From NCBI GenBank assembly GCA_001683985.1, contig MAEO01000229.1:45573-109572 (forward strand): a DNA stretch of 64,000 nt, written 5' to 3'. How positions within the stretch are numbered: position 1 is the stretch's first letter; each line of letters starts with the position of its first letter. A program made the translations under genes and the position numbers. Positions 56,525 to 64,000 of this stretch are shown here, in pieces. Below the pieces are notes generated by a model that had not been told where the DNA came from, made no database searches, and worked only from the letters and a program-made list of their open reading frames with translations. The DNA is from Smithella sp. M82. Its GTDB lineage: Bacteria > Desulfobacterota > Syntrophia > Syntrophales > Smithellaceae.

Positions 56525-58861
56525 ATGGCAAATTCTTTGGTAATAGTGGAATCACCCACTAAAGTTAAAACCATAAAAAAATTTCTCGGAGCCGATTTTA
56601 ATGCCGTGGCTTCCATGGGACATATAAAAGACCTGCCGAAAAGTTCTCTCGGCATCGATCTGGAAAAAGATTTCGAACCAACTTATAAGGTAATCGAAAC
56701 GAAAAAGAAAACCATAGATGCCTTGAAAAAGGCATCGAAAAATGCTGAAAATATTTATCTGGCACCCGACCCTGACCGTGAAGGCGAAGCCATCGCCTGG
56801 CACATCGCGGAAATCATCAACGCCAAAAATAAAAATATTTATCGCGTTCTGTTTAACGACTTAACTCAAAACACCGTAACGGAAGCTATCAAGCGCCCCC
56901 TGCAACTGGATTTCAATAAATACGAAGCACAACAGACAAGACGCATTCTTGATCGTCTTGTAGGTTATCAAATAAGTCCGGTTCTGTGGGATAAGGTTAA
57001 AAGGGGCCTGAGCGCGGGACGTGTGCAGTCAGTCGCTGTGCGCATGATTTGCGACCGTGAAGAAGAAATAAACAGGTTCGTGCCTGAGGAATACTGGAAT
57101 CTGACAGCGCAATTCGAAGGTCATCATCCGCCTCCTTTTGAATCGAAGTTGATTAAAGTCGACGGCAAAAAAGCCAGGGTGACCACCGGTGAGCAGGCAG
57201 CGAAACTGGCCGCGATACTCAAAGAAGCGCAATTCAGCGTCGATAAACTGGAGAAAAAAGAAGTTAAACGTTCGGTTCCCCCGCCTTTCACAACAAGCAA
57301 ACTCCAGCAGGAAGCATCCCGCTGGCTGCGTTTTTCCGCGAAAAAAACCATGATGGTGGCTCAAAAACTCTATGAGGGAATCGAACTGGGCAAGGAAGGT
57401 TCCGTCGGTCTGATCACGTACATGAGAACCGACTCCTACCGGATTGCCGAAGAAGCCCTCAAAGAAGTCCGGGATTATATCAAAGAAAATTATTCTTCCG
57501 ATTATCTGCCGCACAAACCGCATATTTACAAAAACCCGCAAAAAGCGCAGGACGCTCATGAGGCGATTCGTCCTTCCAAAATGATCTATAAGCCGAAAGA
57601 TATAAAAAACTACCTGTCGGCGGATGAATTTAAACTTTATCAGCTGATCTGGAACCGGTTTGTGGCCAGCCAGATGAATCCCGCAATTCTTAATCAAACC
57701 ACTATTGATATTGCGGGCGCCAATTGTCTGTTCCGCGCCCAGGGACAGGTCATGAAATTCCCCGGGTTCACCATCGTTTACACGGAAGGCAAGGACGATA
57801 AAAATGAAACCGATAATGGCAACGGCAATGACAAACCGCTGCCGGAAATCAGCGAAAAGGAAAAACTCAAACTCCTCAATTTGAATACGGAACAAAAATT
57901 TACCCAACCGCCGCCGCGTTTTTCGGAAGCATCGCTGGTGCGTGAATTGGAAGAAAAAGGCATCGGACGTCCCAGCACATACGCCACGATTCTTTCCACC
58001 ATTCAGGATCGCGATTACGTTCGTCTGGAAAAAGGTAAATTTCATCCTTCCGAACTGGGTATAACGGTGACTCATCTTCTGATAAAAAGCTTTCCGACGG
58101 TTCTGGACCTGGCTTTCACGGCAGATATGGAAAACAAACTCGACGCCATTGAAAACGGCGAACGGAAACGTGTGGAAACCCTCAAAGATTTCTACGCACT
58201 TTTCGCCGACGAACTGCAAAAAGCAAAGACGGAAATGAAAAACCTTAAAAAAGAGGAGATTCCCACCGATCTGGTTTGTGAAAAATGCAACTCTACGATG
58301 GTTATCAAATGGGGAAAGAACGGAAGATTTCTCTGCTGTTCCAATTATCCCAAATGCAAGAATACCATGAATTTCACCCATGACGAAAACGGCAGGATTC
58401 AACACGTGGAAACGAAAACAACTGAAATCAAGTGCAACAAATGCGGTAAAAATATGATTGTCAAAGAGGGACGGTTCGGACAGTTCCTCAGTTGCACCGG
58501 TTACCCCGAATGTAAAAATACGATGAACGTAACCAAAGATGAAAACGGCGAAATCGTCGCACAGGAATCACCGACAACGGACGAAGTTTGTGAATTGTGC
58601 GGCAAACCCATGGCGATCAAGCGGGGGCGCTACGGTCAGTTTCTCGGCTGCACCGGTTACCCCGAATGCAAAAACATCAAAAAAATGGGGAAGGACGGCA
58701 AGGCAACAAAGCAGGAACCGCTACTGTCGGATAAAGTCTGCGAGTTGTGCGGCAAACCCATGGCGATCAAGCGGGGGCGCTACGGTCAGTTTCTCGGCTG
58801 CACCGGTTACCCCGAATGCAAAAATATCAAAAAGATGCCGAAAAACAAGTCAGATGGATGA
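56525..58861 (+). CDS. topA: DNA topoisomerase I
   Basis: Toprim N-terminus LVIVESPTKVKTI, active-site Tyr context GLITYMRTDS, and five C-terminal C4 zinc ribbons. The last two ribbons are a near-identical 150-bp tandem duplication. Confidence 0.96.
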   Translation: MANSLVIVESPTKVKTIKKFLGADFNAVASMGHIKDLPKSSLGIDLEKDFEPTYKVIETKKKTIDALKKASKNAENIYLAPDPDREGEAIAWHIAEIINAKNKNIYRVLFNDLTQNTVTEAIKRPLQLDFNKYEAQQTRRILDRLVGYQISPVLWDKVKRGLSAGRVQSVAVRMICDREEEINRFVPEEYWNLTAQFEGHHPPPFESKLIKVDGKKARVTTGEQAAKLAAILKEAQFSVDKLEKKEVKRSVPPPFTTSKLQQEASRWLRFSAKKTMMVAQKLYEGIELGKEGSVGLITYMRTDSYRIAEEALKEVRDYIKENYSSDYLPHKPHIYKNPQKAQDAHEAIRPSKMIYKPKDIKNYLSADEFKLYQLIWNRFVASQMNPAILNQTTIDIAGANCLFRAQGQVMKFPGFTIVYTEGKDDKNETDNGNGNDKPLPEISEKEKLKLLNLNTEQKFTQPPPRFSEASLVRELEEKGIGRPSTYATILSTIQDRDYVRLEKGKFHPSELGITVTHLLIKSFPTVLDLAFTADMENKLDAIENGERKRVETLKDFYALFADELQKAKTEMKNLKKEEIPTDLVCEKCNSTMVIKWGKNGRFLCCSNYPKCKNTMNFTHDENGRIQHVETKTTEIKCNKCGKNMIVKEGRFGQFLSCTGYPECKNTMNVTKDENGEIVAQESPTTDEVCELCGKPMAIKRGRYGQFLGCTGYPECKNIKKMGKDGKATKQEPLLSDKVCELCGKPMAIKRGRYGQFLGCTGYPECKNIKKMPKNKSDG

Positions 58862-60180
58862 ATCCCGCAGAAGTCATAATCATTGGTGGTGGGTTGGCCG
58901 GTTGTGAAGCGGCATGGCAGCTCTTAAGACGCGGTCATGCAGTTCGGATGTACGAAATGAGGCCGCAAAATTTTTCTCCTGCGCACAAGACGGCAAATCT
59001 GGCGGAACTGGTTTGCAGCAATTCACTCAAGTCAAACTCTCCGGATAATGCCCACGGTCTTCTCAAGGAAGAAATGCGCCGTCTCCATTCATTAATTATA
59101 AACTCGGCGGATAAAACTGCGGTGCCCGCCGGTTCCGCTCTTGCTGTTGACCGTGCTTTGTTCGCCCGGGAAATTGAAGAAAAATTGAAATCCTATAAAA
59201 ATTTTTTTCTTGAACGTGCGGAAGTTAAAACAATTCCCCAAAACTCACCAACGATAATCGCGACAGGACCACTTACTTCCGATGCTATGGCGCGGGAAAT
59301 CACCACTCTGCTGGACAGTTCTTATTTGTATTTTTATGACGCAATTTCTCCGATAGTTGAGGCCGATTCGATTAATATGAACAAAGTCTACCGGGCTTCG
59401 CGCTATGGTAAGGGCGCTCCGGATTATTTAAACTGCCCTTTATCCGAAGAAGAATACAAATACTTTCGCAAGGAATTGCTCGGCGGGAGAAAAGTTGCCG
59501 CCAAATCATTTGAAGATGCCAAATATTTTGAGGGATGTCTTCCTGTGGAAGTGCTGGCCGCACGCGGTGAGAACACACTGGCCTTCGGTCCGATGAAACC
59601 GGTAGGACTGATTAATCCGCGCACCGGCGCCATTCCTTATGCCGTTGTTCAACTGCGCAGGGAAAATTCCGCGGGAACTCTTCTTAATCTGGTCGGATTC
59701 CAGACGAAACTGACCTGGCCGGAACAGCGGCGCATTTTCCGTCTTATACCGGGACTGGAAAACGCCAGGTTTGCGCGCTACGGCAGCATACATCGCAACA
59801 CTTTCATTCACTCGCCTTCCCTGCTTACTTCTTCACTTCAACTAAAGAACAATGAAAACATTTTTTTTGCGGGCCAGATCACCGGCGTGGAAGGATATAC
59901 AGAATCAGCGGCTATAGGTCTTTTGGCCGGACTTAATGCCGCCTATATTATCGAGGGCAAAAAACTTAATTTACCGCCAACTCAAACAGCTATTGGAGCG
60001 CTGCTTCACTATATTACTTCTCCTGAATCCGCGCACGGATTTCAGCCCATGAATATTAATTGGGGGTTATTAGATACACTAATGGTGAAAAAATTAAAAA
60101 AAAGAGACAAAAATATTCTTTATGCAAACCGGGCGCTTCAATTTTTAAATTATTGGATTAAAAATCAATATTGGGATTAA
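58858..60180 (+). CDS. trmFO: methylenetetrahydrofolate--tRNA-(uracil-5-)-methyltransferase TrmFO (Gid)
   Basis: The start MNPAEVIIIGGGLAGCEAAWQL (FAD dinucleotide fold) overlaps the topA stop in ATGA. The ORF-track N-terminal extension lies inside topA. Confidence 0.9.
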   Translation: MNPAEVIIIGGGLAGCEAAWQLLRRGHAVRMYEMRPQNFSPAHKTANLAELVCSNSLKSNSPDNAHGLLKEEMRRLHSLIINSADKTAVPAGSALAVDRALFAREIEEKLKSYKNFFLERAEVKTIPQNSPTIIATGPLTSDAMAREITTLLDSSYLYFYDAISPIVEADSINMNKVYRASRYGKGAPDYLNCPLSEEEYKYFRKELLGGRKVAAKSFEDAKYFEGCLPVEVLAARGENTLAFGPMKPVGLINPRTGAIPYAVVQLRRENSAGTLLNLVGFQTKLTWPEQRRIFRLIPGLENARFARYGSIHRNTFIHSPSLLTSSLQLKNNENIFFAGQITGVEGYTESAAIGLLAGLNAAYIIEGKKLNLPPTQTAIGALLHYITSPESAHGFQPMNINWGLLDTLMVKKLKKRDKNILYANRALQFLNYWIKNQYWD

Positions 60181-60295
60181 TATATTTTATTGACACTTAA
60201 AATAATTTATTATAGACATTCCCTGCTAATCATGATTTTTCATCAATTAACAACTTGTTAAGCAACCATATATTCAAATGGCAAGGAGAATTTAA

Positions 60296-61036
60296 ATGAC
60301 AACGCAAATCTATGGGAGTTCGCTTGTGCTGATCAAGCCGGACGCTCTCAAAAATTCCCTGACCGGATATATACTTTCACAATTTTCTCATTTTCACGCG
60401 GGACTTCGTTTTGCAGCGCTAAAGGTTGTCAGCGTAAACCAGACTTTGGCCGAAGAACACTACGCGGAACATAAAGGCAAATTTTTCTATCCATCACTTT
60501 TGCAATATATCCGGGGCTTCCTCCATTTTCCCGATGATCCGGGAAAACGTCGGGTTATTGCTATTATCTATCAGGGACCTAATGCTATCAGAACCATAAG
60601 AACGATTTGCGGGCCAACAAATCCGCATGAAGCAAGGCAGAAAAATCCCGGCTGTATTCGAGCGCTGGGAACTGTTGTTCCTTTACACGATGATAATGGT
60701 AAATTCATCGGAAACAGAACGGATAATCTTGTACATGCCTCGGCAAATCCGGAAGATGCGGAGCGGGAAATCAAACTCTGGTTTATCCCCACAGATATTC
60801 CGCCGATTATACGCAGTTTTCCCACAGGAATAAGCGAAGACTATTACTATTACAAAGACTCCGTGATAACTACAATTCCAAAACGGGATAGTTTCTGCTT
60901 TATTTCGCCCGGAGATATAGTCTGGAAATCCGATTTAAGAGTTCTAAAACAATTTAAAGAAGGTAAAAAGCTGGATTATTCGGTCAACGCTGTACTTGCC
61001 AAATATTTAATTAACAGGGAAAATGAAATTATTTAG
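60296..61036 (+). CDS. atypical nucleoside-diphosphate-kinase-domain protein with insertions and a C-terminal extension
   Basis: LVLIKPDA start, HYAEHKGKFFY, and the active-site region NLVHASANPEDAEREIKLWF (HAS instead of HGS). It is 246 aa, against about 140 aa for canonical Ndk. Confidence 0.6.
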   Translation: MTTQIYGSSLVLIKPDALKNSLTGYILSQFSHFHAGLRFAALKVVSVNQTLAEEHYAEHKGKFFYPSLLQYIRGFLHFPDDPGKRRVIAIIYQGPNAIRTIRTICGPTNPHEARQKNPGCIRALGTVVPLHDDNGKFIGNRTDNLVHASANPEDAEREIKLWFIPTDIPPIIRSFPTGISEDYYYYKDSVITTIPKRDSFCFISPGDIVWKSDLRVLKQFKEGKKLDYSVNAVLAKYLINRENEII

Positions 61037-61290
61037 ACACTTCACCGGACAATTGCAATCCGTCAACTGGCTTTATAATGTACATTTCAATCATTATTAA
61101 CATACCTGTAAAAGAATAGCTTGCGGATCGGCAAATTTTATCTGATGGCGAAGTTTTCCATCAAACAAAAAACTATTTAAATAATAAGTAAAATCATATT
61201 GCCGTCATGAAGAAATAACCAAATCATCTTTTTACCAGACCTTTTCGTAAAGCAATAAATAACTATGGGGGTTGAAAATTAAGTTCTTAA

Positions 61291-61719
61291 ATGATACATG
61301 CTCATCCAACCAGAGCAAAAAATATCATGCAAATATCGCAGAAAAGAAAAAATGATCAACAAGATAATTTACTTGAAGAATTGCTGCGGGAGAAAGCGGC
61401 AGTATTAAGTCGCGCCGGCATGGCTGTGGATGATGTTATCAGGCAATTGAGTCGGGTGGATCGGGAAATTGAAGCAAAGATATCTTTTCTAAAAAATTTT
61501 AGCGAAAATTGTCACTCTCCGGAAACATTAAAGAAAAAGCGATCAATTCACGAAGAAATTAATCTGAGCATCGAGCGCTTCAATGCTCTTCGCCAAAAAG
61601 CTCAACTGCAATATTATTATCTCATTGTCACACGCGAAGCCCTGGGTTTGCGGCGACACGAAATGATTCAGGAAATTTATCGGATTCCCGGGAAAAAAGA
61701 CCGGATAAAGGCAATCTGA
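61291..61719 (+). CDS. hypothetical protein (predicted helical/coiled-coil)
   Basis: 142-aa ORF whose stop overlaps the pcm start (TGATG). I recognise no motif, and the start codon is uncertain. Confidence 0.4.
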   Translation: MIHAHPTRAKNIMQISQKRKNDQQDNLLEELLREKAAVLSRAGMAVDDVIRQLSRVDREIEAKISFLKNFSENCHSPETLKKKRSIHEEINLSIERFNALRQKAQLQYYYLIVTREALGLRRHEMIQEIYRIPGKKDRIKAI

Positions 61720-62372
61720 TGGACAGATACAAGAAGCAACGAATGCGGATGGTCGAAACGCAATTAAAAGCGCGTGATATAACCGACGTGCGGGTATTAA
61801 AAGCCATGGGTATTATTCCGCGTCATCTTTTTATTGATGAAGGCTTGATTAACCAGGCTTATAACGATAATCCGCTTCCGATTGATGAACACCAGACCAT
61901 CTCTCAGCCATACATAGTGGCACTGATGACACAGGCATTGGAGTTAAAAGGAAAAGAAAGGGTTCTGGAAATAGGTACAGGATCAGGTTATCAAACGGCT
62001 GTTTTGGCTTCTCTGGCCGATCGCGTTTTTTCCATTGAACGAATTGCATCTCTGGCAACAAATGCACGGAGGATTCTTGATAAACTGAATTTTTATAATG
62101 TCGCCATAAGGATCGGCGACGGATCTTACGGCTGGAAAGACGAAGCTCCTTTCGATGCGATCATCATCACAGCTGCGATACCGGAAATTCCCCAGTATCT
62201 TGTCGAGCAGCTCGCCGCAGGCGGAAGAATGATTTTTCCCATCGGTGGTCGTGATGTGCAAACTTTATACAAACTTACCCGTTCTTTAGAAAATCCTCAG
62301 GAAATCATCAAAGAAGATTTGGGCGGATGCCGCTTTGTCAGCCTGATTGGAGAAAGCGGATGGAAAAAATAA
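61719..62372 (+). CDS. pcm: protein-L-isoaspartate O-methyltransferase
   Basis: 217 aa with TISQPYIVA and the SAM motif LEIGTGSGYQTAVLA. Confidence 0.92.
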   Translation: MDRYKKQRMRMVETQLKARDITDVRVLKAMGIIPRHLFIDEGLINQAYNDNPLPIDEHQTISQPYIVALMTQALELKGKERVLEIGTGSGYQTAVLASLADRVFSIERIASLATNARRILDKLNFYNVAIRIGDGSYGWKDEAPFDAIIITAAIPEIPQYLVEQLAAGGRMIFPIGGRDVQTLYKLTRSLENPQEIIKEDLGGCRFVSLIGESGWKK

Positions 62373-63151
62373 ATTCCCAAACAGCTTTGATATTTTTTTT
62401 TCTTGTTGTGTCTTTTTTAATTCTCTCTTGTTTTACAGCTCATATACATGAAGTTCAAGCCGCTGGTGTCTATCACATAGTAAAAAAGAATGAAACTGTC
62501 TGGGGCATTGCTCACGCGTATGGAGTGTCTATTCCGGATTTGCTAAAAATCAATAAAATAGAAGACATAAACTCATTAAAGGTGGACTCTGTATTATTCA
62601 TCCCGTCTGCAAGCCGGGTAATAGAAAATACTGCTGCAAACGCAGAAATAAAAGATTATGATGACAGTATCAAAAGTGAAGATAACAGATCAAAAAAATC
62701 TGTTAAGAAAAAAAACTCTGATAAAAGAAATGGGGTCACATGCACAACGACACCACCTGAAGAAAAAATAACAACAAAGAAAGTTAAATTTATTTGGCCG
62801 GTACGGGGCACCGTAAAAACCCGTTTCGGTATTCAACCCAATAAAACTTACAATAACTGGATTAAAATTGTTTCCGTCACCGGAACAAAAGTAAAAGCGG
62901 CGGCATCAGGCACCGTTATTTTCTCCTCCGAATTGAAAAATTACGGAGAAACAATAATTATCCGACATAAAGACAATTTTGCCACAGTGTATACGCATCT
63001 AAAAAAAAGATATGTCCAGATAGATCAAAATGTCCGAAAAGGCGAAGCAATAGCTCTGATGGCAGAAAAAGACGATGCCGGTGAAGCATATATCAATTTT
63101 GAAATACGTTATAAGGGCAAAGCGCATAATCCTTTATCCTTCCTGCCCTAA
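62360..63151 (+). CDS. nlpD: LysM + M23 peptidase lipoprotein-like protein (NlpD-like)
   Basis: Signal/TM segment, then LysM (YHIVKKNETVWGIAHAYGVSIPDLLKINKI), a low-complexity linker and a C-terminal M23/LytM-like domain. The pcm-nlpD order is conserved in many bacteria. I chose the start at MEKINSQ. Confidence 0.8.
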   Translation: MEKINSQTALIFFFLVVSFLILSCFTAHIHEVQAAGVYHIVKKNETVWGIAHAYGVSIPDLLKINKIEDINSLKVDSVLFIPSASRVIENTAANAEIKDYDDSIKSEDNRSKKSVKKKNSDKRNGVTCTTTPPEEKITTKKVKFIWPVRGTVKTRFGIQPNKTYNNWIKIVSVTGTKVKAAASGTVIFSSELKNYGETIIIRHKDNFATVYTHLKKRYVQIDQNVRKGEAIALMAEKDDAGEAYINFEIRYKGKAHNPLSFLP

Positions 63152-63377
63152 TTTATTTTACAGCACCGCCATAAAAATAATTAACAGCAACATCAACTTC
63201 CCGTATTTGTCCGAAGGATAAAGAAATGCATGCGTAGTTTAAAAATATTAAAATATTAGATAATTACGTGCAAACAATTATAAAATAATGATCAACATGA
63301 ACACATTGTTCTTCTATATTGATCACTTTCACATCGTTAATTTTATGTTTTGGAAATAATCTGATTATAAATATTTC

Positions 63378-63406
63378 TTGACATCAAAGTTATATGAATG
63401 TAGTAA
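63378..63406 (+). promoter_or_regulatory. putative promoter upstream of the thiolase gene
   Basis: TTGACA (63378), a 17-nt spacer ending in TG, then TAGTAA (63401). This leaves a leader of about 160 nt before the ATG. Confidence 0.35.
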
Positions 63407-63569
63407 TTTTCTAAACATTTGACCTTCGGTCATGTAATGACCTGTATTCATTTAATATCAATATTTTTAATGCAAATATTTGATTTATTAAATTGAGCAG
63501 GCTAAATTAATGCTTTATCATTGTAGCAATTGATAAAATTTAAAACATTAAATTATAGGAGGCTATACA

Positions 63570-64000
63570 ATGCGTGAGTGTGTAATTATCGATGGTGTAA
63601 GATCCCCCAATTCCCGGGCGCACAACGAAAAGGGATGGTTTCGTCTGGTAAGACCGGATGAAGTGTTGACAAAGGTTTATGATGGTTTGTTTGCCCGTAA
63701 TCCCAAAGTAAAACCCGAAGATATCGAATCAGTATTTGTAGGTTGTGCCAACATTACCGGCATGCAGAACGACATCGGCCGTCTTGCCTGGCTGGCCGGC
63801 GGTTTTCCGGAATCGGTTCCTACCAATACCCTGACTATGCAGTGTCCTTCCGGTATGGCAGCCACTCAGCACGCCGCTCGTGCTATTATGTGCGGTGAAG
63901 GTGATATATACATTGCCGCAGGCATTGAAGATATGCAGAAGGTTTTCATGGGTATGCATATGGATTTCCCACCCCGTTTGCTGGAGAGATACAATATCGC
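63570..64000 (+). CDS. acetyl-CoA acyltransferase / thiolase (5' partial; runs off the window)
   Basis: AGGAGG lies 7 nt upstream of ATG 63570. The frame stays open to the end of the window. The N-terminus is MRECVIIDGVRSP, and the nucleophile cysteine context is TMQCPSGMAA. Confidence 0.8.
   Translation, partial: MRECVIIDGVRSPNSRAHNEKGWFRLVRPDEVLTKVYDGLFARNPKVKPEDIESVFVGCANITGMQNDIGRLAWLAGGFPESVPTNTLTMQCPSGMAATQHAARAIMCGEGDIYIAAGIEDMQKVFMGMHMDFPPRLLERYNI

Noticed and set aside
57029-58405. 458-aa ORF antisense to topA
   Set aside because: Same reasoning. topA is unambiguous on the plus strand, and the antisense product is Phe/Arg/Gly-rich junk with no start context.

Overview
This window reads as an ordinary chromosomal segment of a Gram-negative-type anaerobe. 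LptFG, Lnt, AsmA and an [FeFe]-hydrogenase are present, and a Desulfobacterota-like origin is only an inference. It appears AT-rich by eye, with a visibly more GC-rich central block. Most of it is housekeeping: lptF-lptG, ahcY, panD-panC, an LysM lytic transglycosylase, prfB (with its +1 frameshift site), lnt, corC, tig-clpP-clpX-lon, dprA-topA-trmFO, pcm-nlpD and ten tRNA genes, all with encoded CCA ends. I saw no rRNA genes and no CRISPR array.

The distinctive part is 17.9-35.4 kb, a complete [FeFe]-hydrogenase island:
- A six-gene putative regulatory module: three DRTGG-domain proteins, two GHKL/HATPase-like ATPases and one PHP phosphoesterase.
- An hndABCD-like structural operon. Its NuoF-like subunit is fused to a GltD/NfnB-like FAD/NAD(P)H domain. 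Its catalytic subunit carries TSCSPGW instead of the canonical TSCCPxW H-cluster motif.
- An aspartase-like gene, then hydF.
- A decayed IS element with perfect 23-bp inverted repeats, itself interrupted by a 201-bp palindromic MITE-like element.
- A promoter plus terminator-containing leader, then a TM1266-like regulator, hydG and hydE.
- A convergent radical-SAM gene with CX4CX2C spacing.

Downstream lie an AddAB-like helicase-nuclease pair, envelope and glycosylation genes, an HD-GYP protein and a tRNA operon with an unexplained 194-nt spacer.

The best candidate for an uncharacterised system is the DRTGG/GHKL/PHP module coupled to the unusual NuoF-GltD hydrogenase. Everything here comes from reading the sequence and the ORF track. 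No database searches or folding calculations were run.
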